The notes under the pieces are model-generated. The model did not search any database, was not told the DNA's origin, and saw only the letters and a list, made by a program, of their open reading frames with translations. A stretch of DNA of 64,000 nucleotides from Mobula hypostoma (Eukaryota), in contig NC_086108.1 in NCBI RefSeq assembly GCF_963921235.1, positions 104,534,001 to 104,598,000 of the forward strand, read 5' to 3'. The position numbers and the translations under genes were made by a program. Shown piece by piece: positions 38,684 through 52,135 of the stretch (positions within the stretch are counted from its first letter, which is position 1; every line of letters starts with the position of its first letter).

Positions 38684-41319
38684 CTAAAAGTAAGTCAAAA
38701 ATAAATCACATTTCTTATTTTAAATGGTGCGACAATCAGATGATTAGAAGAATAAAATAGGGGCGCAAACCTTTGGAATATTGTGCTCAGTTCTGGTCAT
38801 TTCATTATAGGAAGGATGTGGAAGCTTTACAGAGGGTGCAGAGGAAATTTACCAGAATGCCTGGACTAGAGAGCATGTCCAGTCGTGGTAGTGTAGCTGT
38901 TAGCAAAACACTATTGCAGCTCGGGGTGTTTGAGTTTGATGATCAATCTCAGCTCCTCTGTAAGGAGTCTCTGCACATGCTCCCTGTGGAATGCACGAGT
39001 TATCTGCTGTCCTCCCATGATCCAAAAATGTACTGGCTAGATTAATTGGTCATTGTAAATTGTCCCCGTGATTAGGTTACGGTTAAATCGGAATTGTCAG
39101 GGCGTTGCTGGGTGGTGTGGTTTGAAGGGCCAGAAGGACCTGTTCTGTGCTGTATCTCTAAATAAAATAAAATAATTGTCTTACAAGGCAATTGAGTGAG
39201 CTAGGGTTTTCCTCTTTGGAGCGAAGGAGGATGAGAGATGACTTGATATAGGTGTACAAGATCATAAGAGGTATTAATTAAGTAGTCAGCCAGAGACTTT
39301 TTACCAGGGTAGAAATAGCTAATGTGAGAGGGCATCATTTTAAAGTGATTGGAGGAAATTATAGGGGGCGACCATCTGCTCCAGACTATGTGGATAATGG
39401 ATCAGCTTCCACAAACACTTGAGGACCCACCAATGGACAAGCCCTTAGAGGATAATCGACTCTAGTGATCACACTATGGGATGGTGGTTTCAGACGTAAG
39501 TTCTTTACACAGAAAGAGGTGGGTGCATTGAACACACAGCTTATGTGGTGGTAGAGGCAAATACATTAGAGGCATTTAAGAGACTCTTAGATAGGCAAAT
39601 AGATGATAGAAAGATCAAGGGTTATGTTGGAGGGAAGTACTGGATTGATCTTAGAGTAAGTTAAAAGGTTGGTACAACATTAAGGGCTGAAGGGCCTGTA
39701 CTAATCTATCTTCTATGTACTATGTTCTAGGTTTGATTCAGCATAGTGATGCAACAGGGTGGAACTGTTGACTCCTGTGATCTGGGCTCAAACCCAACCT
39801 TGGCTGCTGTCTGCATGTTCTCCTTGTGACTGTGTGGGTTCCCTGGATGTTCCGGTTTCCTTCCACCTTGCAGTGGTGTGCAGGTTGGAAGGAGTCATAG
39901 AGTCATAGAGCTTTCCAGACCTTTTGGCCTACCTAAACCGTGCTGAACTATTATTCTGCCTAATCCCATCAACTTGCTCCTGGACCATAGCTCTTCATAC
40001 TCCTCCCATCCAAGTCCTTATCCAAACTTCTCTTCAATGTTGAAATCGAGCCCAGATCCACCATTTTCACTGACAGCTCATTCTACACCCTCACCACACT
40101 CTGACTGAAGAAATTTCCCCTCATGTTCCCCTTAAACAGTTCACCTTTCACCCTTAATCCATGACCTCTAGTTCTAGTCTCATCCAATCTCAGTGAAGAA
40201 AGCCTGCTTGCACGTATCCTGTCTATATCCCTCATAATTTTGCATACCTCTATTAAATCTCCTCTAATTGTCCTACACTGCAAGGAATAAAGTCCTAACC
40301 TATTCAATCTTTCCCTATAACTCAGGTCCTCACATCTCCATAAAACCCTTGTCAATTTTTTTCTGTACCCTTTCAATCTCATCGATATCTTAGGCAGGTT
40401 TATTGGCCACTGTGAATAGACCCCAGTGGTAGAACCTGAGGGGAGATGAATGCATGGGTAAGAATTAAAATGGATGGGTGTAGGATTGGTATACTTGGAT
40501 GTTTGATCATTGGTGCAGACTCATTGGGCTGAAAGGAGTCTGTGTTTTCTGACTCTGACTCCGTCTAGATGCTCTGGAGGTCTTCACAATGACCAAATTT
40601 TGTCTCCAAATCTAAGGAGGGGAATGCTTGCCCTGCTTGGTGCAACTTCAGGGTCCTGCATATTTTAGTGAAGCCACCCTCAGGAAATTGAGAGGTGACT
40701 TCATGAAAGCATGCAGATTCCGAGGTCTAATTCTTGAAGTCTCATTTGGCTGGGCAGCTGAGCAGAAAACAGACTGTATCAGGAATGGAAGCAGGCCATG
40801 ATAAACCATGGAATCTTGCTCAAAGTGTGACGAATCTTTGGAATTTTCCACTGTGGATACTTAGTCCCGGAGCATATTCAAAGATGTTGTTGACAAAGTT
40901 CAAGAGAACTGGGGGGCAGACCAGAAAGATCAGAAGATAAAGGATAAACCATGATCTCCTTGAGAAGTGAAGCAGCTTTGAGAAGCTGTCCTGGTATCAC
41001 TGCCAAAGGTTTTCTTCTTCAGATATGGTACAGTTAGGGCACCATTTGGTGCACTGAGAGGAAAGGGCCATTGGTATATGTGGGTACAATCAGATCATGG
41101 CTAGTCCTCACTTTCATTCCATTTTCTTGGAGGTGTCATCACTTTGGACATTGCTCTTCATTTGCTTTGATGTAGACATAATAAATAAATTTGAATATGA
41201 ATCTAAGTGTATTAATGATGCTGCAAACCCATGAAACCAGGAATTTCCCTAAGTCAGACAACACTTTTTGCTCTTTATTCCATGACATCTTTTGTTGTGA
41301 GGTATGCAGGTGCTCCAAT

Positions 41320-41610
41320 TTTATTTATTTATTGAGGTACAGTGAGAAATAGGCCCTTCCGTGCCACCCAGAAACCCCCAATTTAACCTAGCCTAATCAC
41401 AGGACAATTTACAATGACCAACTAACGAAACAACTGGTATGGCCTTGGACTGTGGGAGGAAACTGGAGCACCCGGACGAAACCCACATGGTCACGGGGAG
41501 AACGTACAAACTCCTTAGAGACAGCACTGGGAGTTGAACCCGGGATGCTGGTACTGTAAAGAGTTGCGCTAACCACTATGCTATCATACTGCTACCATGC
41601 CACTACCATT
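41320..41610 (-). mobile_element. tRNA-derived SINE (HE1/V-SINE-like)
   Basis: A/B-box head and AAAT tail; homologous to 745-992. Confidence 0.7.
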
Positions 41611-41804
41611 CCGTGGAGAGTCTGGAGGAATCAAGATTAAGTATGTATTTTCAGAAGTTATTTATTACAACATGGAGGAAGACCATTCAGTCCTTCTGGA
41701 CTATACCTGCTTCCCGTGGTGTATTCCCATCAGCCCTACTCACCATGTCACTGCGCTACAGTATTCCTTCACGTACCTATCAGCTCTTCTGATTCTGTAA
41801 AGGG

Positions 41805-43620
41805 AATTCAGGGAGTTAGCTGCTAAGATAAAGGGCAGGAACTCCAGGGTTGTGATCTCCTGATTGCTACCTGTGCCATGTGCTAGTGAGGCCAGAAATA
41901 GGAAGATTATATGGTTTTACACGTGGCAAAGGAGTTGGTGTAGGAGGGAGGGCATAAGATATTTGGATCTTCCCTGGCTTTCTCCCAGGGATGTTGGGAC
42001 CTGTCCGGAAGAGATAGCTTGCACCTGAACTAGAAGGGGACCAATATCCTAGCAGGAAGGTTTGCTAATACTGCACAGTGGGGTTTAAACCAGAGTTGAA
42101 GAGGGATGGGAACCGATAGTGGAGAGGTTGTAGGGGCAGATATTGACAAGACCCTCAGACAAAGTCAGGAATCAAAAGGTTGAGCTTGGTGCAGTAAGTG
42201 TCCTGAGCTACGTATATTTCAATGCAAGAAGTATCATAGGAAAAGCGGATGAGCTCAGGGCATGGACTAACACCTGGAATTATGACGCTGTAGCCATTAA
42301 TGAGACTTGGTTGCAGGAGGGGCAGGAATGGTGGCTCAATACGTGAACGGGACACCCGAATAGTCTGTTGCCTCCCATGTACCAGAGTCAGGGATGTTTT
42401 GGATCACGTCCACAGCATTTTGGAGGGGGAGGGGGAGCAGCCAGTTGTCTTGGTGCATATTGGTTCCAATGACATCGGAAGGAAAAGCAAAAAAGCCCAG
42501 AAAAGAGAACTTAGAGAACTAGGCAGGGTAGTAACTTCTGGATTGCTGCCTGTGCCACGCACCAGTGAGGGTAGAAACAGGATGATTTGGTAGATAAATG
42601 CGTGGCTGAGAAACTGGTTAGGAGGGAAAAGATGAAATATGAAAACAAGCTAGCAAACAATATCAAAGTGCAGAGTAAAAGCTTTTTCAAGTATATAAAA
42701 ATAAAAGAGAGATGAGAGTGGATATAGGACCACTACAAAATGAAGCCAGAGAAATAATAATGGGGGACAAGGAGATGGGAGATGAACTAAATGAGTATTT
42801 CGCATCAGTCTTCAACTTTGGAAGAGACTAGCAGTGTGCCAGATGTTGAGGGGTGCAGGGGAAGAGAAGTGAGTGCAGTACTGTTACAAGGGAGAAGGTG
42901 TTTAAAAAGCTGAAAGACCTAAGGATACATAAGTCAGTTGGGCCAGATGAACTGCACCCCAGGGTTCTGGAAGAGAGAGCGGTAGAGACTGAGGAAGCAT
43001 TTGTAATGATCTTTCAAAAATCATTGGACTCTGGCATGGTGCCAGAGGACTGGAAAATTGCAAATGTCACTCCACTCTTTAAGAAAGAAGGAAGGCAACA
43101 GAAAGGAAATTATAGACCAGTTAGCCTGACCTCAGCTGGTTGGGAAGACGTTAGAGTCAATTGTTAAGGATGAGGTTATGGAGTACTTGGTGACACAGGA
43201 CAATAGAGGACAAAGTCAGCATGGTTTCCTTTAGGGAAATTTTTGCCTGACGAACCTGTTGAAATTCTTTAAGGAGATTACAAGTAGGATAGATAAGGGG
43301 GATGTATGTTGTATATTTGGACTTTCAGAAGGCCTTTGACAAGGTGCCTCACATGAGACTGCTTACCAAGTTAAGAGCCCATGGTAATGCAGGAAAGTTA
43401 CCGGCATGGTTAGATCATTGGCTGACTGGTAGGAGGCAGCAATTGGGATCCTTTTCTGGGTGGCTGCCAGCGACTAGTGGTGTTCTGCAGAAGTCGGTGT
43501 TGGGACCGCTTCTTTTTATGCTGTATATAAATGACTTAGATGATGGAATAGTTGGCTTTGTTGCCAAGTTTGCAGATACGAAGATTGGTGGAGGGGCAGG
43601 TAGTGTTGAGGAAACAGGCA
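41805..43620 (+). mobile_element. Mosaic of CR1 ORF1 (SGNH) and ORF2 fragments
   Basis: Motifs VHIGSNDIG, YFNARSI, INETWL, NYRPVSLTS and DFQKAFDKVPH. Confidence 0.8.
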
Positions 43621-43624
43621 GGTG

Positions 43625-43968
43625 TAAAGCACTCATTCCCTCCGCTAGCCTGCAGCTCACCCATGGGCAAGGTGTAGCCCCTGCTTAGATCCCTGATCAG
43701 GGCCACGTGCAGCCATGTGAAAAGGTGGTGGATGGTTGTATGAGCAGCTGGTGCACATCACAAGTCCTGGTTATGCCACCACTGACACCAGGTAGACGAT
43801 CTCTGAAGAGTACTGATAATGGCAGGGGTCACCTGTCTTGTAAAAACACTGCCCAGAAGAAGGTAACGGCAAACCGCTTCAGTAGAAAAATTTCCAAGAA
43901 CAATCTTGGTTATGGATAGACCATGACTGCCCACATCATACAATATGGCACATAATGATGATAATGAC
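43625..43968 (+). mobile_element. Probable RTE-related SINE/deletion derivative with a (TGA/TAA)n tail
   Basis: The GAAGAAGGTAACGGCAAACC 3' motif and trinucleotide tail resemble RTE-partnered SINEs as I recall them. Confidence 0.45.
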
Positions 43969-44640
43969 AGGACAGGCCCTTCAGCCCTTTGAGCTGTACC
44001 GACCAGCAAGCTACCGATAACCAATGAACTTTACTAACCAGTATGTCTTTGGAATGTGGGAGGAAATTGGAGCACCCAGAGGAAACCCACAAGTTCCGTG
44101 GAGGAACTTCTTACAGACAGCGTCAGAATTGAACTCCGAACTCTGGTGACCTGAGCTGTAATAGTCATAGTCATACTTTATTGATGCCAGGGGAAATTGG
44201 TTTTTGTTACAGTTGCACCATAAATAATAAATAGTAATAGAACCATAAATAGTTAAATAGTAATATGTAAATTATGCCAGGAAATAAGTCCAGGACCAGC
44301 CTATTGGCTCAGAGTGTCTGACTCTCCAAGGGAGGGGTTGTAAAGTTTGATGGCCACAGGCAGGAATGACTTCCTATGACACTCAGTGCTGCATCTCGTA
44401 ATAGTGTTGTGCTAAACCGCAATAGATGAACACAATAGATTCTGCAGATGCTGGAAATTTAGGGCAACACATACAACCTTCTGGAGAAACTCTGCAGGTC
44501 TATGGAATGGAATAAATAGTTGATGTTTTGGGCCAACACTTCATCAGGACTGGAAAGGAAGGGGGCAGAAGCCAGAATAAGAAGGTGGGAGGAGGGGGAG
44601 GACTATAGGATTGGTGAAGGGCCTTTTATTCCAACATTAC

Positions 44641-44860
44641 CTGGTTTGATTGTGATATCCAATGCTTTCTTGCCGACCATTTCGTACAAGGGAGAGTTAG
44701 TGGGGAAGTCAGATTTTTCCGTGCTGGTGTCATAACAAACTTCAAATCCAAAGGTTTTGACTGTCATGCAGATGTGATAGACACTCTGCCTTGGGGTGTC
44801 CGGAAGCTCTTCAGCAGAGCACACAGACCCTGGGACAATGGCAAGAGGCAGCACTTTGTC
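44641..44860 (-). CDS. vtg: Vitellogenin exon: DKVLPLAIVPGSVC...FGFEVCYD...SPLYEMVGKKALDITIKP
   Basis: Acceptor tgtgttacag|, donor |gtaatg, 220 nt, phase 0 to 1. It follows an 82-nt intron. Confidence 0.92.
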
Positions 44861-44942
44861 CTGTAACACAAGCACAATTGAGACCATTCGAAGAACCCTC
44901 TGAACACAGGCCAGAGACAAAATGACAAAAACCATTATTTAC

Positions 44943-45084
44943 CATCACTTTGTGATTCACGGTTGAATTCTTTGCCAATCGGAGAGCTTTGATCCTCAGA
45001 ACAGACTCCTCACTCGGAAGCAATGGGATCCTGTTCTCTGCAGCGGGCTCTTCAGCATTTCTTGAGAATGCGAATGCTTGGGTG
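44943..45084 (-). CDS. vtg: Vitellogenin exon: STQAFAFSRNAEEPAAENRIPLLP...NHKVM
   Basis: Acceptor atatgcag|, donor |gtaaat, 142 nt, phase 2 to 0. Contains the A.SRN.E..AA....P.LP motif. Confidence 0.9.
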
Positions 45085-45149
45085 CTGCATATATTTTGGA
45101 ATTGGAATTGATACAGTATCGATACATGTACTGAGATACAGTCATAGAG

Positions 45150-45672
45150 CAATGGTCCCCAACCACCGGGCCGCAAAGCATGTGCTACCGGGCCGTGAGG
45201 AAACGATATGAGTCAGCTGCACCTTTTCCTCATTCCCTGTCACGCACTGTTGAACTTGAACATAGGGTTGCCAACTGTCCCGTATTTGCTGGGACATCCC
45301 GTATATTGGGCTAAATTGGTTTGTCCCATACGGGACCGCCCTTGTCCCCTATTTCCCCCGCTAAGGTAGAGCGTTCCTATGAAACCTTTCGTGCCGAATT
45401 ACATGCGCACGATACGCATACACACACAGGTGCCCGCGCAAGGCTTCATGGTCATGGTAGTCTTCTCTGGGGTAAAGTGTCCTGGGATTTGACAGCTACT
45501 GTTGTCCCTTATTTGGGAATGAGAAAGTTGGTAGCCCTAACTGTAAAAGACATGTTGAGGTGAGTTTAACCTACTTGAACACTCCCCGCCCCTCCCCCCC
45601 CGGTCGGCCAGTCCGTAAGAATATTGTCAATATTAAACCGGTCCGCGGTGCAAAAAAGGTTGGGGACCCCTG
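45150..45672 (+). mobile_element. hAT MITE related to 32381-33568, in the opposite orientation
   Basis: Shares both subterminal regions and the TIRs. TSD tcatagag / ccatagag. Confidence 0.88.
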
Positions 45673-47264
45673 CCATAGAGAGCATTCTGACTGGTTACAT
45701 CACCATCTGGTATGGCGGGGCCACTGCACAGGATCAGAAAAAGCTGCAGAGTTGTAACTCAGTCAGCTACATCATGGGCACTAGCCTCCCCAGTACCGAT
45801 AATACTACAGCACAGGAGTAGGCCACTCGGCCCACAGTGTTGTGCTGAACCAGCTAAAAAGCAAATCAAAAACACCCAGACACTAATTCCTCCTATCTAC
45901 ACCATGACCATATCCCTCCATCTTCCTCACATCCATGTGCCTATCCAAACATCTCTTAAAAGCCTCAAATGTATTTGCCTCTACCACCATACCAGGCAGC
46001 ACATTCCAGGTATCCACCACTCTGAATAAAAAAACTTACCCTCACCTTCAACACATGTCCTCTGGTGTTAGACATTTCAACCCTGGGAAACAAATACTCT
46101 TTGTCCACTCTATCTATACCTCTCATAATCTTATAAACCTCTGTCAGATCTCCCCTCAGCTTTCCATGCTTCAGAGAAAACGACACGGATTTATCCAGCC
46201 TCTTGTGATCGCACATGCCCTCTAAACCAGGCAGCATCCTGGTAAGTCTCTTCTGCAGTTGAGGACATCTTCAAGGAATGATCTTTCAAAAATGCAGTAT
46301 CCATTATGAAGGACCCCACCACCCGGGACATGCCTTCTTCTTGTTACTACTATCAGCAGGGAGGTACAGGAGCCTATTTAACCCTAGTCTAATCACAGGA
46401 TAACCTACAATGACCAATTAAACTACCAACCAGTATGTCTTTGGAATGTGGGAGGAAAGTGGAGCACCCGGAGGAAACCCATGCACTCACACGAAGGGCA
46501 CACGGACTTCTTACAGACGGTGTCGGAACTGCACTCTGAATACAGATGTCCTGAGCTGTAAAAGTGTTGTGCCTACTGCTATGCTACCATGTTTTAGGAA
46601 CAGCTTCGTCTCTTCATCATCAGGTTCCTGAATGGACAACGAACCCACGAGCCTCGATATTTTTGCACTACTTATTTAATATTTTATATATATTTTTTTC
46701 TTGTAATAATTTATAGTATAATTTAACATTTGCAACGTACTGTTGCTGCAAAACAACACATTTCATGACATATGCTGGCGATATTCTGAAATTCTGCCTT
46801 CAGCAGGTCATGCAGTATCAGTGGAAAGAGATGCAGAAGTTCATGTTCAAGGCTCCGTGAGGGCTTTTGATCTGAAATGTTGACCCTGTGTTCCTTTCCA
46901 CAGATACTGCCTGACTTGCTGAGTATTTCCACTACTTCTGACTTTTCGGACCGAGATTAGGAAAAACTTCTTCACACAGAGAGTGGTGAATCTGTGGAAT
47001 TCTCTGCCATGGGAAACAGTTGAGGCCAGTTCATTGGCTATATTTAAGAGGGAGTTAGATATGGCCCTTGTGGCTACGGGGGTCAGGGGGTATGGAGGGA
47101 AGGCTGGGGCGGGGTTCTGAGTTGGATGATCAGCCATGATCATAATAAATGGCGGTGCAGGCTCGAAGGGCCGAATGGCCTACTCCTGCACCTATTTTCT
47201 ATGTTTCTATGTTACTAAAGAAACAAAAGTTGATCTTCACTACGAGCAGCTATGTTGGTGTTAC

Positions 47265-47450
47265 CTGACAGAAAACAGCTGATTTTCCTGTTGCAGAGGG
47301 GGTGACTCAATTTTAATGTTCCTCTTTTTGTAGCTTATTCTTGCAGTGAAGTTCAGTGGGATGACAGTGCTGGTCTTCAGCTGAACTTCCACTCCAGTCT
47401 GGATCATAGGGCTGTTTATTCCCATGATTCCTTTGACATCTTTCACGGAA
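47265..47450 (-). CDS. vtg: Vitellogenin exon: SVKDVKGIMGINSPMIQTGVEVQ...PPLQQENQLFSV
   Basis: Acceptor catcttcccag|, donor |gtaaca, 186 nt, phase 2 to 2. Contains the MG.N...IQ.G motif. Confidence 0.9.
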
Positions 47451-48594
47451 CTGGGAAGATGGAAAACAGCAGTCATGTCACAAAGTTCCTTGATGCGCAC
47501 ATAACAATCTGTTCTGAGCCCACAGCACCTCCTCATTAGACGAAAGTGCACAGCAGTGTCGATACTTTGAGGTGATTGAGGCATGCAAGGTTCCCCCCCG
47601 CCTCCATTCTAACAACTTTCTACAGGAGCACCATTGAGAGCGTCCTGTCTGTCTGCATCATTGTGTGGTACGGAAGCTGCCAGGCATCGGACTGCAAGAC
47701 CCGGCAGACGACAGTAAAAACTACCGAGAGGATCATGGGTGCCTTCCTCCCCCCCTCACCCATTTGTGATGTTTTCTGGGAGTTTTGTATAAAAGGGCTT
47801 GGAGCATTGTTGAGGATCCCTACCACCTATCTCACAATCTCTTTGACCCACTACCGTCAGGAAGGAGATACAGGAGCATTGTTTGTCGTGAGCCCTGCTG
47901 GGCTTGTTAATTGTTGTCTTATCTAGAGTCATTAAGTCCTTGTGCTTTCTGTTTAATCTTGACAAATTTATTTTGACTGGCACGGGATTTCAGCATACTG
48001 CACTCATTTAAAGCGGACTCCCAGTTAGTGCAGATTGCGTGTGCTTCGACAGTGATTCACCTCACGGTCTCACTTGGTCAAGCCATTGCTGCTCAGCTGG
48101 AAATCCTATGAATAAACTTGTCTATTGTTCCTCTGCACCTGGGTTTGGTTATCTGTCAGACCACACAGGACTACGACTGCCAGACAGGGTAACAGCTTCT
48201 TCCCTCAGACTGCGAGACTAATACATACCTGGCCACCACAGAGGTCTTATCACTAGGACAATGAACTGCTTACTGTTTACCTGTGCTGTGCATTATGTGC
48301 ATTTTGTATTCTATTTTATTAACTTCCTTATAGTAATATTTTGTCTTATGTGCTGTATGTGATATATGTTGGTGCACCATGGTCTGGAGGGATGTTACTT
48401 TGTTTGGTTGTATATATGTAGAGTCAAAGGACATCGGACTTGAACTTGACTTGTCTAAGCAGTAATGATATCAGTAGCTCGTGGGCATGTTCTGTTGGTG
48501 CCAGAAGCTCAGCGACACCTGTGGGATGACCCCAGCACAATCCTTGCTGATTTGATTTGATTTCATGCAATTAACATACAATCAGTGGCTACAG

Positions 48595-50365
48595 TAGCTG
48601 ATTGGTAGGAGGCAGCGAGTGGGAATAAAAGGATCCTTTTCCGGTTGGCTGCCAGTGACGACTGGTGTTCCGCAGGGGTTGGTGTTGGGACCACTTTTTA
48701 TGTTGTATATAATGATTTAGATGATGGAATAGATGGCTTTGTTGTTAAGTTTGCGATGATACCAAGATTGGTGGAGGGGCAGGTAGTGTTGAGGAAGCAG
48801 GTAAGATGAAGAAGGACTAGACAGATTAGGAGAATGGGCAAGAAAGTGGTAAATGAAATATAATGTTGGAAAATGCATGGTCATGCACTTTGGTAGAAGA
48901 AACTTTGGTCCAACCAAGCAGAGTTCGCTGCCAAGAAGGTCCATCAGTGCCTTTACTTCCTGACAAAACTAAAGAAATTTGGCCTGTCCCCTAAAACCTC
49001 ACTAATTTTTATAGATGCACCGTAGAAAGCATTCTTCTAGGGTGCATCACAACCTGGTATGGAAGTTGTCCTGTCCAAGGACGAAAGAAGCTGCAGAAGA
49101 TCGTGAACACGGCGCAGCACATCACACAAACCAATCTTCCGTCCTTGGACTCACTTTACACTGCACGCTGTCGGAGCAGTGCTGCCAGGATAATCAAGGA
49201 CACGACCCACCCAACCAACACACTTTTCGTCCCTCTTCCCTCCGGGAGAAGGCTCAGGAGCTTGAAGACTCGTATGGCCAGATTTGGGAACAGCTTCTTT
49301 CCAACTGTGATAAGACTGCTGAACGGATCCTGACCCGGATCTGGGCCGTACCCTCCAAATATCCGGACCTGCCTCTCGGTTTTTTTGCACGACCTTACTT
49401 TCCATTTTTCTATTTTCTATTTGTGATTTATAATTTAAAATTATATATTTACTACTTTTTACTATTTTTAATATATTTAATATTTAATATTTGTAATCAA
49501 GGGAGTGGGAAGCGCAGAATCAAATATTGCTATGATTGTACGTTCTAGTATCAATTGTTTGGCGACAATAAAGTATAAAATATAAAGTATAAAGAAATAA
49601 ATGTGCGGAGTCTTTTTTAAACGGAGAACATCCAGAAATCTGTGATGCAAAGGGACTTGAGAGTCCTTGTGCAGAACACCCTGAAGGTTAACTTGCAGAA
49701 TGAGTCAGTGTTGAGGAAGGCAAATGCCATGTTAGCATTCATTTCAAGAGGTCTAGAATACAAGAGCAAGGATGTGATGCTGAGGCTTTATAAGGCACTG
49801 GTGAGGCTTCACCTTAAGTATTGTGAACAGTTTTGGGCCCCTCATCTTAGAAAAGATGTTCTGGCATTGGAGAGGGTCCAGAGGAGGTTCACAAGGATGA
49901 TTCCAGGAATGAAAGGGAATGTTTGATGGCTCTGGGCCTGTACTCACTGGAATTCAGAAGGATGGGGGGGGGGATCTCATTGAAACCTTTCGAATGTTGA
50001 AAGGCCTAGACAGGGTAGATGTGGAAGGGATGTTTCCCATGGTGGGAGAGTCTAGGACAAGCGGGCACAGCCTCAGGATAGAGGGGCACTCTTTCAAAAC
50101 AGAGATGCAGGGAAATTTCTTTAGCCAAAAGGAGGTGAGTTTGTGGAATTTGTTGCCACATGCAGCTGTGGAGGCCAGTTTATTGGGTGTATTTAAGGGA
50201 GAGATTGATAGGTTCTTGATTGGACATGGCATCAAGGGTTACTGGGAGAAGGCCGGGAACTGGGTTCGAGAAGGAGATAGAAAAAAGGATCAGCCATGAT
50301 TGAATGGCGGAGCAGACTGGATGAGCCAGATGGCCTAATTCTGCTCCTGTGTCTTATGGTCTTTA
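48595..50365 (+). mobile_element. CR1 3' half split by a Rex/Babar insertion
   Basis: RT and C-terminal motifs plus the CR1 tail. It lies tail-to-tail with an inverted CR1 at about 50385-50745. Confidence 0.85.
48903..49591 (+). mobile_element. 5'-truncated Rex1/Babar-like element with (AAAGTAT)n tail
   Basis: Peptide FYRCTVESILLGCITTWYG...FGNSFFPTVIRLLN. TSD aagaaa (48897-48902 / 49592-49597). Confidence 0.85.
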
Positions 50366-50860
50366 TGAGGCACACCTGTACACACAAGACCATAAGACAG
50401 AGGAGCAGAATAAGGCCATTCAGCCTATTGAGTCTGCTCTGCCATTTCATCATGGCTGATCCTGGATTCCACTTAACCTCATACACCTGCTTTTTTGCCA
50501 TAACATTTGATGCCCTAACCAATCAGGAAACTGAATTTTCGCTTTGAATATACCCATAGACTTGGCCTCCACAGCTGTCCGTGGCAGGGCATTCCACAGA
50601 TTCACTACTCTCTGGCTAAAAAAAAATTCCTCCTTACCCTATTCTAAAGGGTCGACCCTCAATTTTGAGTCCGTGCCCTCTAGTTCTGTACAGCCCTACC
50701 ATAGGAAACATCCTCTCCACATCCACCCTATCCAGTCCTTTCAACGTACATTAAGTCAAGAAGTTCAGTTGTTGTTCAGACCAAATATCAGAATGGTGAA
50801 GAAATGCGATCGAAGTGACTTTGACTGTGGAATGTTTGTTGGTGCCAGACGGGTGATTTG

Positions 50861-51400
50861 TGCAATGCCTCGGTTCATATTTTTTTGTGCTGTTCTGTGT
50901 GAGCTGCTTGGTTTCTGCTTATGTTGAGTTACTGTTGAAGATAAGAGATAGGAGAATTGTGTGACATCCAATTGGGATGGTTGGGTTAAGGGACAGTTTC
51001 TCTGCTGAGGGACACTAAGGTTGGGCTTGGGGCTTTTGAAGAGAGAAGAGGTCGTAGGATTCGACCCGGAGCGAAAATGTGAATCGATGAAGCCCAGGGT
51101 GAGATCGATGGAGGATTGGTGATGGGGAACCGCGAGCTCCAACTTGTGCCCTTTCCTCTTTTTTGTTCTTCCTTTACTAATGCTCAAGTCAAATTAAGAA
51201 TTATAAAACTAAATCTTTTGATTGTATGTGGTATACTGTCTGTTATCTCATGGCACTCACTTGTAACAGGGTAACGAATTACACAGCACCCACACAAGCC
51301 AGGGGTTTTGGGGTGCACTTGCACCTCAATCTCACGTGTTTGGCAGGGCCGGAGATTGTCTCCCCTAGACTTATGCAGCTGAGGAAACAAGAATGTTTCA
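50861..51400. mobile_element. Probable solo LTR inserted in a Tc1-like element
   Basis: 540 bp with TG...CA ends (TGCAA / TTTCA) and a TTTG duplication. The Tc1 sequence resumes cleanly on both sides. Confidence 0.65.
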
Positions 51401-51909
51401 TTTGTGTAACTCGGAAACTGCTGATCTCCTGGGATTTTCACACATAACAAGTTTATAGAAAGTGGTGTGTAAAACAGAAAAAAATCCAGTCAATGGCAGT
51501 CTCTGTTGGCGAAAATGCTTTGTTAATGAGAGTGGTCAGAGGAGAATGGCTAGACTAGTTCAAGCCAACAGGAAGGCGACATCAAAAAACCACACGTTAG
51601 AACATTGGTGTGCAGAAAAGCACAACACGGTGAACCTTGAAGTGGTTGGGCTACAGCAGCAAAAGACCATGAACGTACACTCAGTGGCCTCTTAATTTGA
51701 TACAGGAAGTACCTCACAAAGTGTAGATATCATTAGGTTAATTAGTTTGGCACAACATTGTTGGCTGAAGGGCCTGTTTCTGTACTGTATTCTACCACGT
51801 TCTTTGGAGGTACACCGCAACCACAGCGGGCAGCTGGGAGTTACAAGTTGGCCAGACTGGCTAAAAAATAATGCAGGTTTTTTTCCCATAAGGACATCAA
51901 TAAACCAGG

Positions 51910-52135
51910 CACGAGGAAATCTGCAGATGCTGGAATTTCAAGCAACACACATAAAAGTTGCTGGTGAACACAGCAGGCCAGGCAGCATCTCTAGGAAGAG
52001 GTACAGTCGACGCTTTGGGCCGAGACCCTTCACCAGGACTGCCTGACGAAGGGTCTCAGCCCGAAACGCCAACCGTACCTCTTCCTAGAGATGCTGCCTA
52101 GCCTGCTGCGTTCACCAGCAACTTTTATGTGTGTT
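51910..52135. mobile_element. Palindromic Penelope pLTR-derived mini-element
   Basis: Inverted arms with a perfect 13-bp TSD tcaataaaccagg (51897-51909 / 52136-52148). Confidence 0.85.

Noticed and set aside
47880..48168. Short TG...CA insert with AATAAA inside a Rex fragment
   Set aside because: It is LTR-like, but no TSD is visible, so it was left unclassified.
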